Source of the DNA: Paraspadella gotoi
Lineage: Eukaryota > Animalia > Chaetognatha
Assembly (NCBI GenBank): GCA_051294375.1
Contig: CM119263.1
Location: 16,551,802 to 16,615,801, forward strand
DNA: 64,000 nucleotides
Direction of reading: 5' to 3'
Shown here one piece after another: positions 28,358 through 42,684 of this stretch (position 1 is the first letter of the stretch; the number at the start of each line of letters is the position of its first letter). The position numbers and the translations under genes are program-made. The notes beneath the pieces are model-generated. The model saw only the letters and a program-made list of their open reading frames with translations. It was not told the origin of the DNA and made no database searches.

Positions 28358-29130
28358 GGTCCTCAAAATGCCATCCGAAATGCCATCTCCAAATGCCATT
28401 ATTAAGAGTCGGCGGTGGGGGAAGTGTTTCGATAAAAATCTTTTTTCCAGTATCTTTCCTTGGAATCGTTTTTTGGGGGGGAAATTAGAGTTGAATAAGG
28501 AAGGAAGGAAGAAAGAAAAGATGGAAATATAGAAAGAAGGAAGGAAGCAAAGGAGCAAAAAATGAGAGAGCAAAGACGGAGGTAAGATAGAAAGGAAAGG
28601 AGAAAATAAAGGAAAAAGTGAGGAAAAGAGTGAAAAGTGAGGTACAAGAAAAAAGTGAGGAAAGATCTTGGATAAAACTTCATTTACTTCAAAAGATATA
28701 GGTCGTGGTTCTTCACCATTTTCTTCAGCGCCTCATCGTCTCTAATTCCATCGAATAATGAACATTTTTGAGACATTGCAGGCTGTCGAGTTCAGAATCA
28801 AGGCTTGATCATTTCGGTTATTTTTTTCCAGTTTTATTTCGACAACGACGACAACAACGACGACGACGACAGTTCTTTGAGATTATTTTCTTTCCGCATC
28901 TGTCTCCAAAAAAGAGGACAACGACGACGGTTCTCTTCTGGCAATTTCGATTGCAGGATTTAACATCAGCGGTCGTCATCGCGTTCTTTGCCTCGAGTGC
29001 GGCCTTCATCGTCATCATCGTCGTCATCGGCGTCGTCGTCGTCGTCTTCTTTGTTCCGCTCGCGTCGCCGGCGGTTTACATTGGCTTCCGCAGATGTAAG
29101 GCGAGTTTTACATTGAGCGCTCTCTCTCTC

Positions 29131-29193
<63 letters not shown>

Positions 29194-29275
29194 CTCTTCT
29201 TCTCTCTCTGTGTGTGTGTGTGTCTCTCCTCTCTTTCCTTTTTGCTCTCTCTCTCGCCGAGTAAATTAAAAGGGA

Positions 29276-29350
<75 letters not shown>

Positions 29351-30274
29351 TCCAAGTTTTGAAACGAAAATTTTAACAAGCTCGCAACAACCAACCAAGA
29401 AAATACTTCCCCCCGCTCTTCCCCCCGCTTTCCGAAAGAGATATTTCGTCGATGTGTGCGTCGAACACTTTTCTCGGCATTATTATCCACTCTAACGAGG
29501 AATTCAGTAGTTAAACATTCGTCAGAAAAAGAGAGTTTAATCGCTCATCCTCAAATCTTAACTCCAAAAGTAGGAAAAAAAAAGGTAAGTAAAAGAAATT
29601 AAAGATTCTTTTTCTGACACAATTCTTTTCGCGAATCCTCGAAGAAAAAAAAACTTTTCTTTTTTTTTCTTTTCACTTTTCTTTCTTCCTTAATTTTTTT
29701 TCTTTCACTTTTTCTTTCTTTCTTGAAGATTGCCGACGAAACATGAATCTTCTTAACTCGAAATTTTATCACCTTTCAAAGGATCTGCGACGACGGGCCT
29801 CGTCTCGTAGACCAGCCGCTATGCAAACACAGAATTCAAGCTTTTGTTTTCGATTAAAACAGAAAAAAAAAGGAAAAAATGAAAACATCTCGCCCGATAA
29901 TACAACGTGGCTCGCTTTAGGGCTAAAAAATATTTCGCGGTTTTTCTCCGAGAAAGTATAAAAAGAAATCGCAGCCTTCAGGGTTACGTTTGACGTCAAA
30001 GTTGACGTCGATTTGGCGGGAAAACTGCAATCGTGGGTCCCAACCCTCCCTCGAAGTCTTTAGGATTGAGTGGGAAGGAAATAAATGAAGGTGAATTTTT
30101 GACGAGGCGGTTCAAAGTTAAAAAAAAAAAAAAAAAAAAAAACTAACAAATAAAAAGCGAAAATAACCAAATCGAAAACATTTTATAACAACCGTTCGTC
30201 CGGCCGAAACCGCCACTTTCTAACGGCGGCGGAGGTGAAAAGTCTTGAAAAACCCTTGTCGCAGAGCGATGAGA

Positions 30275-30315
<41 letters not shown>

Positions 30316-31959
30316 AGAGAAGAGAGAGAATCTCTGGAACGCAGTCTTCGGTGGATCTCGACCCCGGAGGGCGGCGCCTGGGGTAGGAGGCGCGAATCCA
30401 AAGAAGGGGGGGCGTTAAGGGGGGATAAGGAGGAGGAGGAGAAGGAGGAGGAGTTGCCAGAGGGTGAGAGGGAAGCAGGTTTTTCTTCTTGGAGCAGGAG
30501 GAGGAGGAGGAAGCAAGAAGATAAAGGAGGAGTCGTCAATATCATCGGCGCGTGCGACGAAATAAGGAATCCAATCGTTTGTCATTCTACGTCATTTCAA
30601 CCTCACGTGACTTGAAAGATACAATTCTTTTTTTTTCGTAGACGCAATCAATGGTTGGGGAAGCAATCGTCGTTAAGAGAAAAAAATTTATTAAGGCTCA
30701 CGTCGTTGTAAAATGGAGTCGACAAGTCGGGATCATTTGTATCACTATCAGGCTGGAGTTATTAGTATTACGTAACCGTTTTTGAACTGTTTTCTCTTAG
30801 CTTGATTTGACACATTGACTTTCACGATACAGTCATTATGATTAGTGCCAATAAAGGTATGACGGTTATATAGAGAATAATAATGACTGTATAAAGACTG
30901 TATATGAGTGTAAATGAAGCAATCGTTTTCCTCATCTCGTGTTTTATGTTATTGCGAGAGAGCGACTGAGAGAGAGATAAAGAGAGAAAAAGAGAAAAAA
31001 GAGAGAGAGGGAGCGAGCCTAAGAAAGACCGTCCGTGAAGGAGATTAAAACCCCAAAGTATTCAAATCGCCCCGAGATGCGATTAAACTCCTAATTATTG
31101 AGATTTTTCGTCGTATATAAAAACTGGAAATAGGAGAAGAGAAGCCGACACCTAGGGTCCTAGGGACGACGCACATCCTTCCTCCTTTAGAGGACGGGTC
31201 GGCCGACGATGGTCGGATTTACGACGCTCTGTACCTTTGATCAAACGAGTCGATAAAACAAACTCGTTCACTGGACTCGTCAAAGGGCAGCTCAATTTGG
31301 ACCCAGATCGTTACGAAACCAAAATTCACTGGGAATTGAGTAGATGCGAGATGCGAGGCTTTGGAAATATTAGATGATAATTTTTGTCTTTTAACGTCGA
31401 GTCAATTATCCCGTGAGCCAAATCCAATGATACAAAAAAAAAATTATGTCCTTTGTTAGTTTTTTTAAATCAAAATTTGATTATTATCTTTAGTTATTGA
31501 GTCATTAAGTTTATTATTCTGCGGTGATTCCATACTATTAATATCGAAAATACTTATTGAAAAAAAAAATAGGAAATTTTCCTTACAACTAAAGCTAAAC
31601 AAAAATTGCGGAAAGTCAAGAGGAATTAGAGGCTTTTAATTTTCGTTTGACGAGCCCATCTGCCTAATCCCACCCCCCCTCTCTTCCCCCCTCGAATCGA
31701 CTTAGAAACCTGTAAGAGGAATCGGGACGCGGACTCTTACGTAACCGAGAAGACGCCGTCGCGCGTGGCCCGAAAATTCCTAGCCTCGACGTCGCGAGGC
31801 TTCGTCGAGTGCCCCCGGAGGGTCTCTACCCTCGGGCCGCCCTTTCTCCAACGCCCCTCCCCCCTTTGACTGCCCCCCGCGGGCGATCGACCGGGAGAGA
31901 GCGAGAGAGAGAGCATATTCCGAGTCAGTGCGATTGGAAACGAGAGAGAGAGAGAAGAG

Positions 31960-32008
<49 letters not shown>

Positions 32009-32918
32009 GAGAGAAGAGAGAGAGAATTTTCGGGGATCATTATTCCACGCCGAACCCTGGGGGCGACATTTGCAGAAACGGGTCCCGACGTCAGGCGAGA
32101 TTTTGCCGACGGTTCTTAGGTCGATCGGGTAAGGAGGGTAAGGAGGCTTCTCGAGCGGTTAAGGTCGGGAGAGTGGGGACGGGGAGATGAGGTAAGTAAG
32201 ACGAAAAGAAGTTGGGGGACGGAATGAGAGAAGCAAGAGGAACGACAGGGAAGCAGCCGATGATGCTAAGGACAGACGGTTCCATGGAAAAAAAATCATC
32301 ATTTAAAATTATAATTTAAGAACGAGGCTTATAAAAATTGGCGACTTACCTTATGATCAAAACGAGCAAGGCGAGTGTGGAAGGGGAAAAAAAATATGAA
32401 AATTAAATATTAATATTAAATACGAGTTTCAATAGCATAAGGTCCAGTCAATTTGTTACAAGCAGAAGGTGATCAGGATATCTAACGTTAGAATATTAAT
32501 AAATATTCTACAAATTTTATCCTTCTATTTGTAGCTACGTTCTCAAAACAAGTTTAAAAATGTATAACCAATAATATTTATAACTGCCACGTTATCTTCA
32601 ATTTTTTTATTTATTTATATATTTAGTGATAGAGCTAATTAATTAACTAATTAATCTATTAATTAATTAACTCATAAAACACGAACGAATTATTTAAACT
32701 TCGGTGAAAATTTCATAAATTAAGTCTGCGGCATAAAGCCTTTATTAAAGGCTCAAGATTAGAGTAGGTATCAAATAATCGCCAATGATGGGTTTCATGG
32801 ACGAAAAAATAGCGAAAGAAAAAAAAAACAAAGAAGAAACGGATGAAAAAAAAAAGGGAAAAAAGTGGTGGCGAAATATAAGACCGAACCTGAAAACCCT
32901 TTCTTCTCGATTCATATT

Positions 32919-32978
<60 letters not shown>

Positions 32979-33360
32979 ATTCGGGAAAAGATGAGCGACA
33001 TAGAGACGGCCCATGAAAAAAAAAAAAGGACACGATGTCTCGAAGTAACGTTGCACTTGTTTTTTGTTTTTCTTTTTTTCCCCTCGACCGAAGAGGGCGT
33101 GGTAGCCGCGGCTGCGGGCGGCCGTGGCGGCGGCGGGCGGCCGTGTCGGCTGGGATCCTCCCTCGAGTAGCAGGAAGCTATTTTTCGAGCTTTTTATGCT
33201 TTGCCAAGGATTTTTTCGTGACCGAAGAGAAACGAATTTATTCATGAGGTTTTTTTTTAGTTTAGCTTTCCCGGATGTCTATATACTTTTTTCTATCTCC
33301 CCCTGCAAGCGGACAAACCGTCTCTCTCTCTCTCTCTCTCGATCTCTCTCTCTCTCTCGA

Positions 33361-33394
<34 letters not shown>

Positions 33395-33659
33395 TGCTCT
33401 TTCGTCCTACACTTTTTTCTCTCACTCACGACCCTTCACCCCCTATGACTCCCTCTTCCTCCTCCGACTCCTTTTGTTCAGTTTCTGACCGATAAAAAAA
33501 AAACAAAAACGAATGCGTCAGATATCCACCGATGGCACCGATAACACGGACGTGGACGCTGTCGACGGACAAATTGGGTGGCACTGGTAAGCGACGTGTA
33601 TGACACCGACAGAAAATGTGTTCGACACCCTTTTCGATGAGGGAGGCGCCAACTAAGTG

Positions 33660-33830
33660 CCGTGGATGGCACCGATGGGCATTGTGTAGGGCATTGTGTA
33701 AGGCATTGTGTAGGGTAACAAAGGTCAAAGGTGGTGGCGCCTATGGCCACCGTGGATGGCACCTTTTGGTGGCGTGGATGGCACCTATGGGTGGCGTGAA
33801 TGGAACCTATTGGTGGGGTGGATGGCACCC
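33660..33830. repeat. Compound minisatellite: 12-bp GGCATTGTGTAR x3 plus 22-bp CGTGGATGGCACCTWTKGGTGG x~4
   Basis: 22-bp period at 33751, 33773, 33795 and 33817; related GATGGCACC motifs extend back to ~33530. Confidence 0.8.
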
Positions 33831-35507
33831 GAAAGAAAACCACTTCCAAAAACATCGCGACGAGGCTTCGGTTTTTTCAATTGCATCGAATTTCGTTGGT
33901 TTTTCCCGATATGGCACTACCTACAATGCGGGGAACAGCGGCTACGTACAATACGTTCATTGCATTATGGACATAGTAGCTCGAAGGAATCCAGTATATG
34001 TGAGATATTTAAAAGAAACTACGGCAATATTTTGATGTAATTAATCTAAATTTTTTTTTTTTAAATGTCCTATCTCAAACGCCACAAAAAGAAAGAAGAA
34101 AAAAACGTAATAACTTCATATAGGTTACCAAATTACAAAATTACCAAAGGACAAAAAAATCCTAATTCCTCTCCAATCGATTCGTCCGCGCGCGTCGTCG
34201 AAAGTTTCGATAAATCGCCTCGAGATATTTCGGTTACGTCATCGAATCCCATGAAAAGCGAACATTCTCGACCGTTGGATCGACGCCGAACAACAACGAC
34301 GACAAGACCGCAGCTAGAATCGAAATCGCCGACGCCGACGACGACGACGAAGAAGACGACGACCGCAAACTGGAAATAAATCACCGTTTGTCAGCGGAAA
34401 CGTCGTCAACAGTCCCGTCAACGTCTCGGAGGAATTTAAAGGGGAGGGGGAGGCGTGGGGGAGGAGCGGCATTTCATTTTCTCCCGAGGACAAACTTTTT
34501 CTTCAAAGGGCATTATTGTAAATTGTACAGTAATTGAAAGTACAAAGCCTTGGAGGCTGCGAGAGTCATTCGCTGATGAGGGCGGCTAAAGGATTTCTCT
34601 TTAGCCCCGGGGCGAGAGCTGGAGACGCGCCCCCCCACTTTCTCCCTGGCGATCCGAGGCGCACACGATGTCCACCCTCGACTAATCAAGAGAACCCATA
34701 TTCTCGCTGTCGTTCGAAGTTGCGAGGAGCGAAGATTGATGAGGCGGGGTCCGTCTTGAAAACAGGATTTGAAACCTTTGTTACTATTTTATCAAATTTA
34801 CCGTTTCATTTTGATAAAAATGTTATTTCAATTTTAAGGTCTTATACGATAATTACTTTTTGAGAATCGGCAGTTGATAAAGCTTTTATGAGTTTTAAAA
34901 ATAAATGGATATTAGTGACTTTTCACATATCATTCTAAAAAAAAAAAAACAACTTGCAATAGCGGTCACATTCCCTTCTTCTCTCTCTCTCTTTAAGCGT
35001 TCCTACCCACTCGGCACTCACTCTCCTTCCTCAATCACGAGCAACAACGAAGAGATAAAACGAATCGATTTTTTTTTTTCGTCTTTGATTCCCGATTTTT
35101 CCATTTTTGGTTCGTGCCTCGACTCACATCGCCCTTCATCGGCCCCTCTCCCCCTTTGTTTCACAAAACCCTTCAACTACCTTCATTCTTTCTCCGTTTG
35201 CCCCTTTAAACCCCCTTTTCTATCTCCTTTTGGTTTCTGCCTTCCCTCTTTCCTCCCAAACCTCGCGTCGCGCCGTGACGTGCGAGGGGAATCACGGATG
35301 ATGATGGAGGACGATGATGATGATGATAATGATGATGATGATTTCTGACAGTAGTAACTAAGATTTGAATGAAGATGACAATTAACGGTATATATGGTGA
35401 AATAAGCTTCTCAATCAAGCCAAATTCATATTTTTTTTTACAGAACTGATTACAAAAAATAATTATACAATAAAAATATTTATTAACAAGAACGGTGATT
35501 CCAATGT

Positions 35508-35806
35508 GTTGCGCCGCAGTGACTTTATTTTCACGCGTATTTCCTTTTGATCACATGATATGACATGACATGACAAAAAAACTTTCTTAGCCATTGTATT
35601 TATGACATGCACTGCATCAAAATTTCGTCCTTATAGTTTTAGGATTTCCTGAAGACGGCGCTAGAAAATGAGCAACCAACTATAGGCGAATTATATACAT
35701 TTTTAACGTAAGTGGGACAGATCGACGGACAGACATACCGACCGACAGAACGACCAAAAAGTGACTTATCGAGTTGTTCTACGAGTACTCTCGGCGCAAC
35801 TAAAAA
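35508..35806. mobile_element. Possible remnant of a non-autonomous Helitron/Helentron-type (HINE-like) element
   Basis: A GGACAGA/GACAGAC-type microsatellite is followed by GTGACTTATCGAGTTG...CGCAACTAAAAA, which resembles the 3' ends of such elements. There is a 9-bp inverted match GTTGCGCCG (35508) / CGGCGCAAC (35792). This is resemblance only. Confidence 0.3.
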
Positions 35807-35827
35807 CATTATACTACCAGTTACTCT

Positions 35828-36214
35828 AGGTACTCTAGGATTGAATTAACTAAACAGTGAGTTTCAATTGAAAGCTTTCAGGGTCCTGCTCTGTTATCTT
35901 ATATGAGGGATGGAGGCCTTAACCTACCATAGCTAATAGATAATAACAATAAATAATAATAATATTAATAATAATAATAGATAATAATAGATAGCTAATT
36001 TAATGAATGAATCCAAAATATTGATAATGTTTCTACAAATTACATACATAAATTCTACAAATTACATTCTTTGAAATATTATACCACTTCATTGATAGGG
36101 AAGCCAGGTACTCTGGGAGTGAATAAACGAGACTGAGAGTCTTGATTGAAAGCTTGCTGGGACCTGCTATGTCATTATCTTGTAATAGTGAAGGAGGCCT
36201 TAAACCACCAAAGC
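35828..36214. repeat. Old ~105-bp direct repeat (35828-35933 and 36106-36214)
   Basis: Both copies read AGGTACTCT.GGA.TGAAT.AAC...ATTGAAAGCTT...GG.CCTGCT.TGT...GGAGGCCTTAA...ACCA.AGC. Confidence 0.75.
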
Positions 36215-37740
36215 CTGTCCAAAGTCAGGGGCAAGATAGCTTATTTATTAAATGAATAGATAATTTTTTTATTGGTTGTACCAATTTCATACAGAAGAAC
36301 ACAGAAACATACTTTGTAAAGGTACTAAAATCTCGGCGGCCGAATAAATTTTTCAAATACTTTTTTTTATTTCTTCATTTTTTTTGAGCTGAGAAAGAGA
36401 GAAAAAAAAAGGGAATGAATAAAAAGGAAAGAGAGAAAAGGAACATGGAGATTCTTCGTTTCTCCCTTCGTGCCTTCGGAACGCCGACGCCACCGCCGGC
36501 CAAATGGACGAATAATCAATTCTCTCGACTGACCGAGAGAGATTGACCAAATAAGGGAAGGGAGGGAAGGGATGGGAAGATTCGAAGAAAGGCGATAGAG
36601 AGGGGAGGAGGAAAGAGAAATAGATAAAGAGGATGCGAGAGGAAAAGGGTGAGAGGTGAGGACTGAGGAAATAAAGCAAATAAAAAAGCCGAAATAAAAG
36701 TATCAAGAGTAGAAGAAAAAAAAAGTTTTTTTGGAAGTTAGCACTGGAATTGTTAAGACCGGGCCAAGATGATAAAGAGTAGTAACAAAAGATAACAAAT
36801 GCCAGAGAGAGAGAGAGAGGGCAAGAAATAATTCGAAAAAACTGAAATAAAGATATGAATAAATAAAAAAAAAAGATTAAGGCCAAGACTGGAATAGGGT
36901 AGGGAAATGTGGAGATTGTGAGCAAAAAGAATTTAAAGTGGCTTATGACTGACTTGATTCGATTTGATTATGGATTGATTCAACGTCGCAGCCACTTGGC
37001 AACAACTTGATTCGTTCAATTTAAAATTTGAGAAAAGTTGAAAATCTCAGTTAGGGGATCCCGAACTAAGAAGGGATGGAGAGAAAGAAGAAAAGATGAG
37101 AGAAAAGAGGAGGAAGAAGAAAGGAGAGACGGAGAGAAGAGGAGGAAGAGGAAGAAGTCGTGACGCCGACAAGACTCAAAAGACTTTTTTTTTTCGAAGA
37201 CATAATTTTTTTTCTCTTTGATTATTGTTTAAGTCAAACAGATTCTTTCTGCCTCCGAGTCTCCGAAAAAAAAAAGGAAAAGTGAGAAGGGAGTTGGTCA
37301 AGAAGGAGAAGATGAGCAGGAGAAAGAAGAAGAGAAGCCCTATCTCTTCTTTTTCTCGAGGAAGCGATGTACGACAAGAAAATTGACATTCTTTTACCTA
37401 AAGGCCGCGAGTCTGGGACTCTGGGGGAAAGAGTGAAGACTGGGAGGGAGAAGAGTCGTTCGAATTCGACGTCACACGGAAGATAGCGAGATCATCTGGA
37501 GGGGGGCGTGTGGGGGAAGGGGAGCGAGTTGGTCTGTTCGACTTTGTCCAAAATCCTTCCGAGACTTTCTCTTTCTCTCTCATTCTTTCCCTCTTTCTCT
37601 CTCTCTCTCTTCTTCCCTGACGTAAGAGACAACATTTTTTTTGCAATTAGCCGTAGAAAGATTTTTTTTTCTGACCAACTTCTTAGAAAGAAAAGAATCG
37701 GGACAAGATTGTGGTTTTGGAAGATAATGAGAGAGAAGAT

Positions 37741-37803
<63 letters not shown>

Positions 37804-38735
37804 GAAAGAAGAGGAGAGAAAGAAAGAGAGAAAGAAGAGTCCAGAATGGTCATTTGTCAATCTCTGATAGCGAATGAAATTCAAGATAGACAGATTGATT
37901 CCAAATAGAGTAAAAAAGCATTCTATTACCAATGATCAGGTAATATTTTGGTAATTTAATAATGTCGTATGACTCTTGACGATTTCCACGTTAGCAGGAC
38001 AATAATAATCCATTTTTATATCCTCGTGATTTCTAAACTTGTTTCCTTTCTTTAGTCTTGATTTGTTAAAAATGTTTGTTGAGTCAACAATGTTGGCGAT
38101 TCCGTTGTGCTATTGTCAGCGGACCATCGATGAGCATCTAATTTATTCTAAAAATTTTTATTATAATTTCTTTTCCTTTCGACTTCCCTCTTTTTACCAT
38201 CCGATCTTTTTGAATTGCAATTTTTGTCTTTTAATAGTTTTCATTTTTCTCTAAAGCTAATATATATTTGTTTTTATTTTTATCTCTCCAATTTTCATTA
38301 TTTTCCCTCTGTCCCATTCGCCTCTCCATTCGGCCCATTCTTCCAGCATTTAACCTCTCCCTTTATCTCCTAAATCTTTTCAACCTTTTTCGTCCTTCCA
38401 CTTTACCTCTTTCCGTTTCTCCCCCTCTCTCACATTTTGTTTCCCAACTCGGGCCGCGGGTTGATTTTCTTCCTCGCCAGCGAACGCAGGATAATCTTTC
38501 CAAACATGCTTTATCAAAGCCCGTCTGAGATGGCCGACATATTTTCAAATCTCTCTCTCTCTCTCTCTCTCGCCACCAACGCCACCAGCCCCCGCCACCG
38601 TCGGCGATCTCCTGGTCGTCGCTGTCCTCGAGTTCGTCGTTGTTGTTGTTGCCATCCGCTATCCTTTGAATTTTTAACCAAGTAAGCTTTGGTGTCACTT
38701 AACTATCTTTCTCTCTCCCCCCCTCTCTCTCTCTT

Positions 38736-38779
<44 letters not shown>

Positions 38780-39789
38780 CCTATCTCTCTCTCTCTTTCT
38801 CGTTCAATCTCAGCCTTAAACCCGGGACGAAACAGTCGGTGCATCGTCTTCAAGTTCTTCTCCTCGGTCGTCGTCGTCATCGTCGTTCTCGTCATCATCG
38901 TCGTCCTCTTTTGGGGTGGCGAGCATTTTTTTTTAAACCGACGATTTTCCTTAGTTTTACTTTTGTTTTAATGTTTTTGCGAAATGTTTTCCTAAAAAAA
39001 AAGACCAGAAATATGCGACGCCCAAAAAAAAAAAAAAAAAATGCGAGCAAATGCCACCAAAGCATAAAAAGTTTGTCCTCTGAAGCGGATTAAGATGAAT
39101 TCCGGGAAAAATCTATTTGGTTGTCCTGTCGGTGGAGAGGTTGTGGGTGGGTAGGAGGGGAAGGAAAGGAGGGGCGGGAATAGAGGAAAATGTGGCCGCG
39201 TTTTAGTGGGGGTGGTAAGGGTGGGAAGGAGCGAAGAGGTTGAAGAGGAAATGGTTCAAAACTAACAACTAGCAAGACGAACGCAAGGCTTTACGAACTA
39301 TCAATTATTGGGCGCGGCGGGCGAGTAAAACGATGACAAACAGAACGTCTCCGCCGCTCAAATCCCTCGGGAGCCACGACGGAGCCTCCAGAGGCATTTT
39401 AATACCACCCCGCCGGCTCGAAAATCTCCCCCGCCCCCAAAATCTCCAGCCCTTTCTTTCAAAAGGACGCCGCCCCTTACACCGCCGCCTACCTTGAAAA
39501 GCTACCTGGCTCTACGTCTTTCCACCCAACTTTTATCATCAACAAGCCCCCTTTACAAACCCCCACTCAACCCACTCTCTTTCCACCCCCCTTTCCACCC
39601 TCTGAGCCCAGAGAGTCGTCGTCTTGACTTAGGCTAATAACGTTTCAGGAACTTTGGAAGCAAAGAAATTCCTCCTAGTCTGAGAAAAAGTTGTTGACGT
39701 ATTCCGAGAGACGAGATTCAATCTTAGTGAGAAATCTCAACTTTTTTGAATATTCTTTTTTTATTTTTGTTAGAGAGAGAGAAAGAGAG

Positions 39790-39834
<45 letters not shown>

Positions 39835-40007
39835 AGAGCCGTTATTCCCATTTGGTTGTAGACAACAATTGACACCTTCGCGCTAAACTGGAGCAGCGTA
39901 AGTCCTGAGAAGTCTTTGAAGCGGCCGCGAAACTGAGTGAGAGAGAAAAGGAGAAGAAGAAAGAAAACAAGGGAAGAAGAGAGAAGAAAAAAAAAGCAAC
40001 CGACCGA

Positions 40008-40069
<62 letters not shown>

Positions 40070-41325
40070 GGAAGAGAAAGAGGGGAAGAGAAAGGGAGAA
40101 AGTTGGTTCGGGACGGAAAATGTGAACGAAGGTGACGAGGGAATCGATGTTTGCCAGAAAATCGAGAAAAACGGAAGGATTCAAAATTCATATGAAGATG
40201 AGGATGATGATTGGGAAGCGAAGATGATTAGAGAGAACAGATGATGGAGAAGAGGAGATTGAGAAGAAAAGGAAAATCGTTAGAAAGGATAACGAAGATA
40301 TTATGATTTTAAGAAGGTATTAATGCTGAGAGAACAGAAAAAAAAAATCATTGGACCGTAAAAAAAACAAAAACTGATGAGCAAAATTTTGACCAAACTC
40401 GCGCATTTTGTGCATAGATAAGTAAACCGCCAACGTTACGTGACTCAGCCGATTTTTTAAAAAGAAATCGTGTTTAGCTCCTCCATCGCGTCACGGTTTC
40501 CTCCCACCGCGGAGCGTCAAAAAAGACCCCGCCAAAAAACGTCATGGTGTCGACCATCCCGAATTTCCGCTAATCTCCGCCGAGCACCATCGTCTCTTTT
40601 TTTTTCGAAAGCCCCGATTAGATTCGTAATCCTTTAAAATCCGCGACCCTCGGCGACAAGGATTCGCCAGAGCCGTCGATTATGGAACGCCTCGTCGAAT
40701 CGAGAGAGAGAGAGGGGGGAGAGAGAGAGAGAGAGAAAGGCGCTGACCGGGAGGATAATCCTTTGCGTAACCCCGACATCGGGGGACAGGCGAAGGTAAG
40801 GGTTGTTGGGGCATGGATGTAAAGCGGTTTTGGCGAATCGAGATGGACGGACGTGGAGAGAGGGATAAGCCACGATACAACTCAATGGCAGAAGGGAATC
40901 GCCCGAGGATAACATAAGGGACATTAAGGAACTTCACTATCGAAATAAGTCATCGGCCCCTTTAAACTATACCATACATAGGATACATATACTGATTATG
41001 CATAAACTAACATAATTTTAAAACTATCGAAAAAAACTTTTCTAGAGAATGGCCTCAAATCATAGTTAATACTTTTTTTAACCATTTTATATTTATATAA
41101 TTCAAAAATTGATGTTATATAACTAATTTGCATATTTGAGTAAAGATATATAAAAAATTTTTGTCACTTTTTAAAAAATAAGAAAATCGAGTTTTTACTA
41201 ATTTTTTTATAATTTAGTTATCTAAAAAAGAATTGATTTTAGATTTATATTTTTCATACATTTAAGCTTTAATTTGAATTGAGTAATCCGGTAAAATCTC
41301 CAAAATTTTGAGGGCATTATTATTA

Positions 41326-41369
<44 letters not shown>

Positions 41370-41604
41370 CTTACAAAACTCATTAATCAAGATGTATAAT
41401 CAGATTTGTAATATTTTTTGCTAATTAAAAGTAAAAGTAAAAACGTTAAACAACTTTTTATACATAGTCGAAATTTGATATTTCACTCCGTTCTGCAGCA
41501 AAAGTGGGCCCCAACGTTAAGCAAGAATCACGAGCGGTTGATTTCATCGATCGTCGATGACAATAAAGAATCAATATCCGAATCAAGTCGAATCATCGAT
41601 GGAA

Positions 41605-41637
<33 letters not shown>

Positions 41638-42552
41638 GCGCGATTCAAAAGATCCGGAAGCCAATGAGATGACCGCGAGTCGCCGACGAATGAAGATGAC
41701 CGGAATCGACTGCCGAGAATTTTTTTTTCGGTCAATCCGGAACCGGCGAGGGCCCCATTGTGCCGGAAGGGTCATATCCGGGGTGAGAGAGAGAGAGAGG
41801 CCATCTGGGGCAGAAAAAGGGACAGTAATCGAAGGCGGTGGAGGAAGAAAAAAAGGTGACGACGACGACGACGACGACAAATTCAAACTGAATACAATGC
41901 GATTCCGGGTTTTGGCCGGAAACTGGGGGGCATGAGGAGGAAGAGGATGGAGGAGGAGAAAGGACGAAGGAGGTGAAGTAGGTTTTGTTTGCGGGACAAA
42001 AAAAAAAAAGAAAGATCATTTGCAGTAATCGCATTCGAAGAAAAACAAACGCGAGAAAAGTCTTGGTAAACAATCAAATTTATTAATGATGTGATCGGTC
42101 AATTTCCGACCTCTCGGGGTCATTGACGGTTTGAGCGAAGTCTATCAGGGATTTTGGGGATGTTAATGTTAATAGATTGTGAGAACCTTAGTTTAGTTAC
42201 AATCGCTTAACAACTGAACGTGCTTTTAGACTTACTCAACCCACAAATAATTTTGCGGTCCGGGCTTCCCGCAAATCACAATTTAGTAATTCAATCCTAA
42301 TCCACAACAAATGTCTCAAACTCAAAGTCAAACTCAAACTCAAAATTTATGACGTATTCCCATTGAATTACATGTATATTTCACTGTCGCCCCCTCCCCC
42401 GAGCCAAATACCTTTTTGAATGACTTATTCACCTTTTTCTTTCACCGTCCTTAAATTGATGTCCCGGGTTACCCAACTGGCAAATAACCCGTCACGTGAT
42501 TGGAATCGTTTCACGATCTGCCGGAATCACACATAAAAAAAATCGAAACGGT

Positions 42553-42684
42553 GGAATCACCGGGTCACTCGGTCGGATCGAGTGAATCCACTGGATCTCA
42601 CGGTGGGATACACCGGGTCATTCGGTCGGGACGTCCGAATCACCGGGTCTCACTGTGGGAATCGATGGGTCACGAGGTCGGAAT
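42553..42684. repeat. Degenerate alternating two-motif tandem repeat (~50-55-bp period)
   Basis: Motif A CACCGGGTCAYTCGGTCGG alternates with motif B GAATC(C)ACYGGRTCTCACKGTGGGA, about 2.5 periods. Confidence 0.65.

Noticed and set aside
33616-34035. 139-aa Gly/Trp-rich ORF
   Set aside because: Derived from a 22-bp repeat (not a multiple of 3), so the periodicity is at DNA level.
34573-34620. CTGATGA followed by a hairpin (also at 40375 and 52251) as a hammerhead ribozyme
   Set aside because: No correctly placed GAAA core or stems I/III.
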